Source: an uncultured Acidobacteriaceae bacterium (GTDB taxonomy: Bacteria > Acidobacteriota > Terriglobia > Terriglobales > Acidobacteriaceae). Taken from it: DNA of 64,000 nucleotides. Positions 31,078 through 40,238 of this stretch are shown piece by piece; within the stretch, counting starts at the first letter, position 1, and each line of letters begins with the position of its first letter. The notes beneath the pieces are model-generated. The model worked only from the letters and a program-made list of their open reading frames with translations, searched no databases and was not told the origin of the DNA. The stretch lies in assembly GCA_963812865.1 (NCBI GenBank), contig CAWEWV010000011.1:354910-418909 (forward strand), given 5' to 3'. A program made the translations under genes and the position numbers.

Positions 31078-31458
31078 ATGAAAAGCGCTGAAGAGCCGCG
31101 GCTGACACGCGTGGCGGGGATTTGTCTCGCGCTGCCGGAGGCCGTGCGCACGGATCATGGCGATCATGCGGCCTTCACGGTGCGCGGGAAGAAATTCGCG
31201 TATTTCCTGAATGATCATCACGGCGATGGGATTGTCTCGGTGTGCGCGCGGGCGTTTCCGGGAGAGAACAAGCGGCTGATCGAGGCGCATCCGAGCAAGT
31301 TTTATTTGCCCGCGTACGTTGGCCCGCGCGGCTGGGTCGGGCTGCGTCTCGATCGCGGCAAGGTGGACTGGGATGAGGTGCGCGACCTGGTGACGGCGAG
31401 TTATCTGCAGGCGGCGCCGAAGAAGCTGGCGGCGGTGGTGGAGGCGGCCATCGAGTAA
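31078..31458 (+). CDS. MmcQ/YjbR family DNA-binding protein
   Basis: 126 aa with LALPEAVRTDHGDHAAFTVRGKKFAYF...YLPAYVGPRGWVGLRLD, the typical YjbR-like pattern. Confidence 0.7.
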   Translation: MKSAEEPRLTRVAGICLALPEAVRTDHGDHAAFTVRGKKFAYFLNDHHGDGIVSVCARAFPGENKRLIEAHPSKFYLPAYVGPRGWVGLRLDRGKVDWDEVRDLVTASYLQAAPKKLAAVVEAAIE

Positions 31459-31603
31459 GCAGGTTCGGATTACCGTTAACCAGGCGGCTTCGGTTCCGGC
31501 GATGGGGTCGGCCAACCGGAAGGTCGACCGCGTGTAAATCCAGTCAGGCAAGGCGCTTTTGCGCCATTTTTGAAGACACGAAAATGGCCGATTCCGATTT
31601 TGC

Positions 31604-31648
31604 TTGACTCTATTGCAGATTGCGATAGAGTGATTGCGATCTGCAATA
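31604..31648 (+). promoter_or_regulatory. candidate sigma70-type promoter overlapped by a composite operator in front of the HTH-NfeD-flotillin-PspA operon
   Basis: TTGACT (31604-31609), a 16-nt spacer, then TAGAGT (31626-31631). The outer inverted repeat TATTGCAG...CTGCAATA encloses two direct copies of ATTGCGAT. The ATG of the HTH gene lies 7 nt downstream. Confidence 0.4.
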
Positions 31649-31654
31649 ACGACT

Positions 31655-32209
31655 ATGAAACTTGGGGAAAAACTGAAGTATCTGCGGGAGACCGAAGGCG
31701 AACTCCGCGGGCTGGGGCGAGCGATCTCGCAACAGGAGATGGTGCGGGCGCTCAAGTCTGAGACCGGCGCGGCTCTGAGCCAGAGTTACCTGTCGCAGAT
31801 CGAGAGCGGGGCGCGGCCGCACCTGACCAACACCACCCGCCAGGTGCTGGCGAAGTTCTTCAAGGTCCACCCAGGCTATCTGGTCGATGACCCGGAGGGC
31901 TATCACGCGGAGCTGATGAGCGACGCGCGCTCCCTCGAGGACAAGCTCGATCTCTGGCTGGTGAGCGGGGCGGAGCGGTTCCGGCGCGATCCCGAGCTGA
32001 AGCAGGCGCTGCTGGCCGTCGCGCGGCACGCGGACTCGCGGCGGTGTTTGCTGCTGCTCAACGCCGTGATCGAAACGCCGGGCCTGGTCAACCGGTTGTT
32101 TGAAGTGCTGGGCGGGCGCGAGCCCGAACTGGTTCGCGCAGAACCGTCGCGTCTCGTTCGCAAGGCTGGGCTGGCCCGCAAAGAGGGCAGCCGGGAGGCC
32201 ACGCAATGA
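31655..32209 (+). CDS. XRE-family helix-turn-helix transcriptional regulator with an extended C-terminal domain
   Basis: MKLGEKLKYLRETEG...ISQQEMVRALKSETGAALSQSYLSQIESGARPHLT is a Cro/C1-type HTH. Its stop overlaps the start of the next gene (ATGA). Confidence 0.75.
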   Translation: MKLGEKLKYLRETEGELRGLGRAISQQEMVRALKSETGAALSQSYLSQIESGARPHLTNTTRQVLAKFFKVHPGYLVDDPEGYHAELMSDARSLEDKLDLWLVSGAERFRRDPELKQALLAVARHADSRRCLLLLNAVIETPGLVNRLFEVLGGREPELVRAEPSRLVRKAGLARKEGSREATQ

Positions 32210-32862
32210 CGACGTTCTATCTGATTTGTTTCACGCTGGGACTTTCGCTGACGGTTTTGTCCGGTCTGGGGGCGTTCACGCACCTTCATTTCGGGCATGT
32301 GCATCTGCACCTGGGGCACGGAGGGCACGGGCACGTTCATGTACCGAATGCCCGTGGCTCGGTGACGAAATCGAGCGTTAGTCCGGTCAATGGATTCACG
32401 CTGGCGGCGTTTCTCTGCTGGTTCGGGGGATGCGGCTATCTGCTTTCCCGCAGTCACGATTTCGGAATGTTCGTGGTGCTGGCGTTGGCCACCATCACCG
32501 GTCTCGCCGGCGGAGCGATTCTGTTCTGGTTTCTCGTAAAGGTCCTGCTGCCGCACGAGCATGAGCTGACCGCGGCGGACACGGACATCGTGGGAATCCT
32601 CGGAGTGGTGACGGGGCTGGTGCGCGAAGGAGGCGTTGGTGAGATTCAGTTTTCGCAGAACGGCAGCCGCCGTTTTGCACCCGCGCGCAGTGAAGCAGGC
32701 GTAGCGCTTGCGCGCGGCACAGAAGTGGTGGTCATGCGCTATGAACAGGGCATCGCGTACGTGCGCCCATGGGACGAGTTGTCGGGCGACCTATCAAGAG
32801 CACAGGGCGATGCCTCCGGCGATGTCTCCTCAGTCGCCGGGAACCACAACCCAAAGATGTAA
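32206..32862 (+). CDS. NfeD-family membrane protein
   Basis: N-terminal TM helices plus a C-terminal OB-like segment GVGEIQFSQNGSRRFAPARSEAGVALARGTEVVVMRYEQGIAYVRPW. It sits directly upstream of a flotillin gene. Confidence 0.7.
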   Translation: MTTFYLICFTLGLSLTVLSGLGAFTHLHFGHVHLHLGHGGHGHVHVPNARGSVTKSSVSPVNGFTLAAFLCWFGGCGYLLSRSHDFGMFVVLALATITGLAGGAILFWFLVKVLLPHEHELTAADTDIVGILGVVTGLVREGGVGEIQFSQNGSRRFAPARSEAGVALARGTEVVVMRYEQGIAYVRPWDELSGDLSRAQGDASGDVSSVAGNHNPKM

Positions 32863-32889
32863 CGCACCCGATGGAAAGGATCGGGCGTT

Positions 32890-34335
32890 ATGACGAACAC
32901 AGTGATTGTGATTGTTGGATTGAGCCTGCTGGCGTTGATCATTCTGACGGGCATGTTGGCCAGGATGTTTCGCAAAGCGGGCCCGAATGAGGCGCTTATC
33001 GTGTATGGATTCCGCGGGCCGCGCGTCATCAAGGGGCATGGGACCATCATCTTCCCCATGGTGGAGAATTGCCGGGAGCTGTCGCTCGAACTGATGTCGT
33101 TCGACGTGGCGCCGCAGCAGGATCTCTACACCAAGCAGGGCGTCGCCGTGACCGTCGAGGCCGTCGCGCAGATCAAAGTGCGCAGCGATCAGGAATCGAT
33201 CCTGACGGCGGCGGAGCAGTTCCTGACCAAAACGCCGCCACAGCGGGAAGGCCTGATCCGGCTGGTCATGGAAGGCCATCTGCGCGGCATCATCGGGCAG
33301 CTCACGGTCGAGCAGATTGTGAAGGAGCCCGAAATGGTCGCCGATCGGATGCGTGGAACATGCGCCGACGATATGAGCAAGATGGGCCTCGAAGTCGTGT
33401 CGTTCACCATCAAGGAAGTGCGCGACAAGAACGAGTACATCACCAACATGGGCAGGCCCGACATCGTGCGCATCAAGCGGGATGCGGAAATTGCCACCGC
33501 AGAAGCGGAGAGAGACACGGCGATCCGGCGGGCGAATGCGACGCGGGAGGCAGCGGTGGCGAAGGCGGCCGCCGATCAGGAACGGGTGCTCGCGGAAACG
33601 CAGTCGCTGTCGAAGCAGGCGCAGGCGCAGCGCGATCTCGACATTTCGAAAGCCCAATATGCCGAGCAGAGCCGCAAACAACAGGCTTCGGCGGACAAAG
33701 CTTACGAACTGCAGACCAACATCACGCAGCAACAGGTGATCGCGGAGCAGGTGAAGGTGCAGCAGATTGAGAAAGAGCAGCAGATCAAGGTGCAGGAGGC
33801 GGAGATTCTGCGCCATGAGAAGGAGTTGATCGCGACCGTGCTCAAGGAGGCCGAGGTCAACCGGCAGCGCGTCGAGGTTCTGGCGGCAGCGGAGAAGGCT
33901 CGTCTGACGATGGAAGCCGAAGGCCGCGCCTCAGCGATCAAGACGCAGGGCGAAGCCGAGGCTTCGATCATCTTCCAGAAAGGCGAGGCGGAAGCGAAGG
34001 CGATGAACGTGAAGGCCGAAGCCTATCAGGAATGGACGCAGGCCGCGGTCGTTGACCGGTTGATTTCGAACCTGCCGGAAGTCGTCCGCGCCATGTCGGA
34101 GCCATTGTCGAAGGTGGATCGCGTCACCATTGTCTCCACGGGAGGCGATTCGGCGGGCACGAGCAAGCTCACCGGCGATATGGCGAAGATCGCGGCGCAG
34201 GTGCCGGCTCTCTTCGAAGCGCTCTCCGGCATGGATATGCGCGAGCTCATGTCGAACATCACCAGCATGCGTCCGCGCGGGAACGGAAAGGGCAACGGTT
34301 CGTCGGCGGACGGGCCAGTGGTCGACGGCAAGTAA
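32890..34335 (+). CDS. flotillin-like SPFH/Band-7 protein
   Basis: N-terminal anchor, an SPFH domain (ELSLELMSFDVAPQQDLYTKQGVAVTVEAVAQIKV), and a long Ala/Glu/Gln-rich flotillin coiled-coil region. Confidence 0.9.
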   Translation: MTNTVIVIVGLSLLALIILTGMLARMFRKAGPNEALIVYGFRGPRVIKGHGTIIFPMVENCRELSLELMSFDVAPQQDLYTKQGVAVTVEAVAQIKVRSDQESILTAAEQFLTKTPPQREGLIRLVMEGHLRGIIGQLTVEQIVKEPEMVADRMRGTCADDMSKMGLEVVSFTIKEVRDKNEYITNMGRPDIVRIKRDAEIATAEAERDTAIRRANATREAAVAKAAADQERVLAETQSLSKQAQAQRDLDISKAQYAEQSRKQQASADKAYELQTNITQQQVIAEQVKVQQIEKEQQIKVQEAEILRHEKELIATVLKEAEVNRQRVEVLAAAEKARLTMEAEGRASAIKTQGEAEASIIFQKGEAEAKAMNVKAEAYQEWTQAAVVDRLISNLPEVVRAMSEPLSKVDRVTIVSTGGDSAGTSKLTGDMAKIAAQVPALFEALSGMDMRELMSNITSMRPRGNGKGNGSSADGPVVDGK

Positions 34336-34393
34336 CAAATCGGGGCGGGGCGTCGATCCGCTCCGTCCCCATTTCCTAAAGGAGGGAAAGGGT

Positions 34394-35062
34394 ATGGCAC
34401 TCCTCGAACGGGTCAGCACATTGCTTCGGGCCAATCTGAACGATCTGATTGACAAGGCCGAAGATCCGGAGAAGCTGCTGAAACAGCTTGTCCTCGACAT
34501 GGAGAATCAACTCATGCAGGTGAAGACACAGGTTGCCATCGCGCTGGCGGATGAGCATCTGCTCGAGAAGAAGCGCAAAGAGCACGAAGACGGCGAAGCC
34601 GAGTGGAAGCGCAAGGCGGAGCTCGCAGTCCGCAAAGGTGACGACGGCCTCGCGCGCGCTGCACTGGAGCGGTCGCTGAGTGCGAAAGGAATGGCTGCGG
34701 GGTTCGCGCAGCAGCTGGAGGATCAGAAGACCGAAGTGGAGACGCTGAAGACGGCGCTGCGGAATCTCGACCAAAAGCTCGCCGAAACGCGCAGCCGCTG
34801 CGAACTGATGATCGCGGAGAGCCGCCGGGCTCGCGTGGTGGGACGTGCGCAGAAGGCTCGGGAAGTGATCGCGAAGAAGGAAGGAGACTCGAGCATCGCA
34901 AGGATGAAGTCGAAGATTGCGGGCGATGAGGCAAGGAACGCCGCTTCGCGCGAGATGATGGATGGCGATGCGGTTGAAGCCAGGTTCGCGAAACTGGAGC
35001 GCGAGGAGCAGATCGACGCGCTCCTGCAGAATCTGAAGGAGCAGCACGCGAAGAGTGCGTAA
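34394..35062 (+). CDS. pspA: PspA/IM30 family protein
   Basis: MALLERVSTLLRANLNDLIDKAEDPEKLLKQLVLDMENQL is the canonical PspA N-terminus. A strong SD (AAAGGAGGGAAAGGGT) precedes the ATG at 34394. Confidence 0.9.
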   Translation: MALLERVSTLLRANLNDLIDKAEDPEKLLKQLVLDMENQLMQVKTQVAIALADEHLLEKKRKEHEDGEAEWKRKAELAVRKGDDGLARAALERSLSAKGMAAGFAQQLEDQKTEVETLKTALRNLDQKLAETRSRCELMIAESRRARVVGRAQKAREVIAKKEGDSSIARMKSKIAGDEARNAASREMMDGDAVEARFAKLEREEQIDALLQNLKEQHAKSA

Positions 35063-35166
35063 ACACGCGCGCTCGGCACCGCCTTCCCTCAACTCAGGAA
35101 AAAGTTCGACGGCGAGTGCCAGTGCCGGAAGGAGCGAGGAGCAGGAGCGACCCGAAACCGCAGCGA

Positions 35167-35442
35167 TCAGGCTGCGGCGCGGGATTTCTCCTGCTCCCAC
35201 ATCCAGCGCGCGTAGTCTTCGTTGACCACGCCCAGGTGGTAGAGGCTGTTGTGGGTTTCAACGAGGCGGTTACCCCAGTCAACGCTCAGGATGGCAGAGG
35301 TATAGATGGAGCCGTTGCGGAGGTTGGTGTGACCCATGACGTCGCCGGTAAGGCGCTGGCCCGGCTCCAGCGTGCGAAAGCCGTGGTAGACCACGCTCCC
35401 GACAACGGACCAATTCTCGATTCTGACGATCGGCTTGTCCAT
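35167..35442 (-). CDS. small conserved protein of unknown function, paralogue A
   Basis: MDKPIVRIENWSVVGSVVYHGFRTLEPGQRLTGDVMGHTNLRNGSIYTSAILSVD...LVETHNSLYHLGVVNEDY. It is clearly homologous to 38103..38453. Confidence 0.6.
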   Translation of the reverse strand: MDKPIVRIENWSVVGSVVYHGFRTLEPGQRLTGDVMGHTNLRNGSIYTSAILSVDWGNRLVETHNSLYHLGVVNEDYARWMWEQEKSRAAA

Positions 35443-35809
35443 AGTTGTGTGACCTGACGTTTCCGCCACCGGTCGCAAACGACTATCCAAGCCCGTGGCT
35501 GGCCCTTCCTGGAGTAAATATTTGCAATTTTAGGGCCAGTCATAACTTATGAGTAAATAGGGCCTTCCAGGGTTTGGGAGAGAAAAGCAGGGAAGTTTTT
35601 ACCGGAACGTTACATCTTTGTTGCTTAGTGCCTGAGGTAATTCGGCGGTCCAGGAAGAGACGGCAACGCGTCGAGGCGGCTTGGCGACCGGCCGCGCTTC
35701 GCGCCCAGCGCTGAGAGTGGGAAGCGTCAGTCAACGCAGGGAACTCTTCGGCTCGCGTGGCGCCGGTTTCGCGCGCTGGCCGAAAACCCTGGCCGACGCA
35801 CGGCGGAGA

Positions 35810-38008
35810 ATGACATCGGCATGCAGTTTTATATACTTGCGCATGCTTTCATTGCGCGTTCGACTCCCACTCTGCGCCTGGGTTGCGCTTGCTCTGCCTC
35901 TGCTTCTCTCTGGATATTGGGTTCAGCCCTCTGCCGCCCAGGCCACGCCTCCTTCGGCTCCCACCCCAACTGCAGGAACGGGGCCGCACACCATGACCCT
36001 GGACGATCTCTTCCGCTTTCACGATGTGGGCGGCCCGGTGGTGTCACCGGATGGACAGTGGGTCGCCTACACGGTGTCGACCGTCGAGACCAAAGCGGAC
36101 AAGCGGATCACCGATCTGTGGATGGTTTCCTGGGACGGCAAACAGGATGTGCGCCTGACCTGGGCTGGCGATGTGGATGAGGATTCCGACGATCTCAGCT
36201 CATCGGGTGCGCCGCGATGGAGTCCGGACGGGCAGTATCTGTCGTTCACGGCAGGGCGCACCGGAACGGCGAAGGGCTCGCAGGTGTGGGTGCTGGATCG
36301 CCGCGGCGGCGAGGCGCATCAGCTGACCGACGTGAAGGGCCATCTCTCGGCTTACTCGTGGGCGCCGGATGCGAAGCGGCTGCTGCTCTCGATTACGCCG
36401 GAGGATGAAGCGGAGGCCGCGGCAGAGAAGGCAAAGGGCACGGGGGAGAAAGAGAAACCGAAACCGATCGTCGTGGACCGCTACCACTTCAAAGAAGACG
36501 TCGAAGGCTATCTGAAGGACAACGAGCACACCCAGCTGTTTCTCTGGGACGTGACGACGAAGAAGCTGGAGAAGCTGACGACGGACACGAAGTTCGACGA
36601 GAGCAATGCGGTGTGGTCGCCGGATGGAACGCACATCGCGTACGTGAGCAATCACGATCCCGATCCGGATCGCTCCATCAACACCGATGTGTGGGTCGTG
36701 GACGCGAACCCACATTCCACGCCGAAGCAGCTGACGACCTTCAGCGGACCCGACGGCGGCCGCATCGCGTGGAGCCCGGACAGCAAATGGATTGCGTTCA
36801 CCGAAGGCGACGTGCTGAAGCTGTGGCAATACAGCCAGGAAAAGCTGGGCATCGTCGCCGCCGATGGCAGCGCGGCTCCGCGGATTCTGACCACTGCGCT
36901 GGACCGCTCCGTGTCCTCGCCGTTTTTCTCCGCAGACGGCAAATCGATCGACGTGATTGTCGAGGACGATCGCAATGAGTATCCGGCCAGCGTCGACGTT
37001 GCGACAGGCCAGGTGCACCGCATGGTCAGCGATCCAGGCTCGACGACAGGGATGAACGAGGTGAACGGGCGCACGGCCGTGATCTGGACTACGGACTCCC
37101 AGCCTGGCGAGGTCTATGCGCTCGAAGACGGCAGTCTGCGACGGCTGACGCACCACAACGACGATGTGGTCGCGAGTCTGAAGCTCGCGGAGACGCGCGA
37201 CGTGAAGACGGTCACAAAGGACGGTACTGAAGTCCACGGGTTGCTGACCTTGCCGCCCAACGCGCAGCCGGGCACAAAATATCCGATGCTGCTCTTCATT
37301 CACGGCGGGCCCAATGGACAGGACAATCACGGCTTCAATCTGCACCGGCAGCTCTTTGCTGCGCACGGCTATGCCGAGCTGAATGTGAATTACCGCGGCA
37401 GCTCAGGACGCGGCAACGCCTATCAGAAGATCATTGCGGCGGACTGGGGCGATCACGAAATCCAGGATCTGCTCGCCTCCGTCGATGAAGTGGTGAAGGA
37501 AGGCTTCGTCGATCCGGATCGGATGGGCGTGGGAGGCTGGAGCTACGGCGGCATCCTCACTGACTTCACCATCGCCAGCACGACGCGGTTCAAAGCCGCC
37601 AGCAGCGGCGCGGGCATGGGCAATCCCCTGGGCCTCTACGGCATCGACGAGTACATCCTGCAATACGATTACGAACTGGGGCCACCGTGGAAGGATCCGC
37701 AGAAGTACATCCAGATCGGCTATCCGTTCTTCCACGCCGACCGCATCCATACCCCGACGCTCTTCATGGGCGGCACCTCGGACTTCAACGTGCCCCTCAA
37801 CGGCGGCGAGCAGATGTATCAGGCGCTCAAGAGCCTCAACGTTCCGGCAGAGCTGATCGTCTATCCGGGCCAGTTCCACGGCTTCACCCGGCCCAGCTTC
37901 ATCAAGGACCGGTATCAGCGGTGGTTTGACTGGTACGACCAGTGGGTGCTGGGCAGAAAGCCCGCCCCCGCAGCGCCGGTGGCTGCAGGAACGACGGTGA
38001 AGAACTAA
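35810..38008 (+). CDS. S9 family serine peptidase (prolyl oligopeptidase/dipeptidyl aminopeptidase-like), secreted
   Basis: Signal peptide, a beta-propeller region (WSPDG repeats), and a catalytic domain with GGWSYGG plus a C-terminal GQFHGF. The start could instead be 35843. Confidence 0.9.
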   Translation: MTSACSFIYLRMLSLRVRLPLCAWVALALPLLLSGYWVQPSAAQATPPSAPTPTAGTGPHTMTLDDLFRFHDVGGPVVSPDGQWVAYTVSTVETKADKRITDLWMVSWDGKQDVRLTWAGDVDEDSDDLSSSGAPRWSPDGQYLSFTAGRTGTAKGSQVWVLDRRGGEAHQLTDVKGHLSAYSWAPDAKRLLLSITPEDEAEAAAEKAKGTGEKEKPKPIVVDRYHFKEDVEGYLKDNEHTQLFLWDVTTKKLEKLTTDTKFDESNAVWSPDGTHIAYVSNHDPDPDRSINTDVWVVDANPHSTPKQLTTFSGPDGGRIAWSPDSKWIAFTEGDVLKLWQYSQEKLGIVAADGSAAPRILTTALDRSVSSPFFSADGKSIDVIVEDDRNEYPASVDVATGQVHRMVSDPGSTTGMNEVNGRTAVIWTTDSQPGEVYALEDGSLRRLTHHNDDVVASLKLAETRDVKTVTKDGTEVHGLLTLPPNAQPGTKYPMLLFIHGGPNGQDNHGFNLHRQLFAAHGYAELNVNYRGSSGRGNAYQKIIAADWGDHEIQDLLASVDEVVKEGFVDPDRMGVGGWSYGGILTDFTIASTTRFKAASSGAGMGNPLGLYGIDEYILQYDYELGPPWKDPQKYIQIGYPFFHADRIHTPTLFMGGTSDFNVPLNGGEQMYQALKSLNVPAELIVYPGQFHGFTRPSFIKDRYQRWFDWYDQWVLGRKPAPAAPVAAGTTVKN

Positions 38009-38102
38009 GCCGGACGAGCCCGAACTTCCGCGAAATCAAGGGGGGAAGGGGAGGGCTGCTCTATCGGGGGAGTACGCAGGGGAGGGACGAAGCAGGGCTG
38101 AT

Positions 38103-38453
38103 TCAGCCCTGCCGGAATGCAGGGACCGAAACCGGGTAAGCCGTAACCGGCTTGCGGGGATCGGGCACAAAGGCGGGGACGCAGCTCTGTTGAGAAGCGT
38201 GAGCACTCTCCGCCCAGTTTTCGTACTGCTCATTGATCTGGCCGAGCTGGTAGACGGTATTGCCGGTTTCGACCAGGCCCTTCGCCTTGTCGATGCTCTT
38301 AATGACAGAGGTATAGATAACGCCGTTCGGGAGGTCGGTATGCCCCATGAGGTAGCCGGTCAGGCGCTGTCCGGGTTCCAGATCCCGGAAGCCGTTGAAG
38401 ATCAGGTTGTCCACTACCGACCAGTTCTCAATCTTGGCTGTGAGCTTCTCCAT
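38103..38453 (-). CDS. small conserved protein of unknown function, paralogue B
   Basis: MEKLTAKIENWSVVDNLIFNGFRDLEPGQRLTGYLMGHTDLPNGVIYTSVIKSID...LVETGNTVYQLGQINEQY. About half the positions are identical to paralogue A over the first 80 or so residues. Confidence 0.6.
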   Translation of the reverse strand: MEKLTAKIENWSVVDNLIFNGFRDLEPGQRLTGYLMGHTDLPNGVIYTSVIKSIDKAKGLVETGNTVYQLGQINEQYENWAESAHASQQSCVPAFVPDPRKPVTAYPVSVPAFRQG

Positions 38454-38773
38454 GCCTGGGGTGGCCCTGAGCTTTCCGCCGGAACCGCTGTTGCGGCTAT
38501 CCGGCTATTACCTTCTTTGGCAGATTAGGGGCAATCGGATGACCAACCTGTAAACAGTTGAATTGGGGCGCTTTAATTTGTTACATCCATCGGCTGGGAG
38601 AAATTTTTACGTCCTGCCGCGTCGATTCTTCGCAATTCACTTGCCATTTTCGGGGCCTGGGCGGTCGAAATCTACCACCTTTGTGGCAGTGAGAGGCAGG
38701 CAACCCAAAGCTCTCACGGAAACTCCAAAGACGGTTTTCGCCCCGAGAGACGGGCAAGACTGGACCCTCCCCT

Positions 38774-40156
38774 CTACTCCGGCTTGCCCGGATTCCTGGG
38801 CTTCGGCGGCGTCTTCTCCGGTGGCGGCGGACTGCCGGGAAGCAGTCCTGGCGTCGGGCGCTTGTTGTCGTGGACCCATGCGAGCAGCTCATCGAAGGCC
38901 AGCCCCGTCTGATCTGCCGTCACGTTGCAGTGGCCGTCGCGATCGACATACTGCTCGGCGAAATTCTCGCCATTGCCCACCCGCTCCGTCAGCTCGTCGT
39001 ACCAGGCCGTCGTCGAGGCCGGCACCAGCGGATCGTAGATGGTGTGCACCTCCAGCAGCTTGCGATGCAGATTGCCGCTGGGTGAATACCAGTTGGCGAG
39101 GAATCGATACGCGTTGGGATCGGCCGAGTACCGATGCACCCTCTGGTTCAGCAGCGCATCGTTGGCTGTTCCGTTATAAACGAGGTCGAGATTGTCGAAG
39201 GGATTCCCTCCCGACTTGAGCCGCAGATCCTCAATCACGAAAGTATTGAAGACAAGCACATCCGCCAGGCCGCGGTTGGTATGGATATTCGCGAGCTCGC
39301 GCACTAGGGCAGCCTGCTCCGGATTGGCGTCGAGGCTCTTCTGCACATTCGTGATGGTCGGGATGTCGTTCATCATGAAGGTCGGCGGAATGTGCTCGAC
39401 GTCGGGCAGCACACCGGGGAAGAATGCGTCGAAGGCCACGCGGTCGGCGAAGGCGCGCTGCATGACGAAGTCGGCCGGAGCCAGCACGCCGCAGACTGCA
39501 AGACCGCCCGCGTAGTCCTTCGGGTTCTGTTCCAGCCCCATCACCGTCAGCAGCCCGCCCATCGAATGGCCCATGAGAAACGTCTCGCGCGGCGCGCCGT
39601 ATTTCTTCCGGAAATAGCGGCGGAGCGCCTCGGTTTCGGCGGCGGCCTGCGGCACGGCCCATCCGCCCACGGCGTACCCCGAGCGCGCGACCGCGTAGCC
39701 GCGATTGAGAATCTCCTGCAGGATGCGCGTGGGCGGGTATTTCGGATCGAAGACCTGGGGCGTCGGCTCGTAGCCATGGAAGTACAGCACCAGACCGTGG
39801 TTCCAGTTTTTGGGAACGTCGATGCGGAACGACGCGCCATTGATCTTGCCGGCTTCGGTTTTAACCGGCACCGGCGGCGGTCCGGCGGGCACGGCCGATG
39901 CCGCCGTGGGGACCGGGGCCGGATTGGACGCGGCCGTGTGAGTGGCCGGCGCGGGCGTGGCGGGTGAGGAGGCGTGCGCGGAGGGTGCTGTCTGGGTCGC
40001 GGGACCCGGAGTCGGGGAAGAACCCGCAGCGTGTCCGGAGGGCGTCGGGGCTGGCTGGCCGGTTTGCGCCTCGGGCGCCGTCTGCGCGCGCGATCCCGCC
40101 GCCGCGAGCGGAAGAAGCAAAAGCCACAAAGCGACGCGGCGCAGAGGTCCCGTCAA
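38774..40156 (-). CDS. secreted alpha/beta hydrolase (esterase/lipase-like) with a Pro/Ala/Thr-rich linker
   Basis: A TTG at 40156 lies 5 nt after AAAGGAG and gives the signal peptide LTGPLRRVALWLLLLPLAAAGSRAQ. GHSMGG is the nucleophile elbow. The upstream part of ORF 38774..40405 is not credible. Confidence 0.7.
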   Translation of the reverse strand: MTGPLRRVALWLLLLPLAAAGSRAQTAPEAQTGQPAPTPSGHAAGSSPTPGPATQTAPSAHASSPATPAPATHTAASNPAPVPTAASAVPAGPPPVPVKTEAGKINGASFRIDVPKNWNHGLVLYFHGYEPTPQVFDPKYPPTRILQEILNRGYAVARSGYAVGGWAVPQAAAETEALRRYFRKKYGAPRETFLMGHSMGGLLTVMGLEQNPKDYAGGLAVCGVLAPADFVMQRAFADRVAFDAFFPGVLPDVEHIPPTFMMNDIPTITNVQKSLDANPEQAALVRELANIHTNRGLADVLVFNTFVIEDLRLKSGGNPFDNLDLVYNGTANDALLNQRVHRYSADPNAYRFLANWYSPSGNLHRKLLEVHTIYDPLVPASTTAWYDELTERVGNGENFAEQYVDRDGHCNVTADQTGLAFDELLAWVHDNKRPTPGLLPGSPPPPEKTPPKPRNPGKPE

Positions 40157-40238
40157 GTACGCTCCTTTCCGCTGTGCGAAGATGAGTGTTTGCCCGTGAC
40201 CCTTGTGCCGAGCCCGGGAAGCCGCCTTTTGGAATTCG

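Noticed and set aside
38503-38520. 14-nt identity TATTACCTTCTTTG shared with 16811-16824, and the GGTAATACC core shared by hairpins at 16795 and 41750
   Set aside because: Exact matches of this length are expected several times by chance in a 64-kb window on two strands. This is not evidence for a dispersed repeat family.
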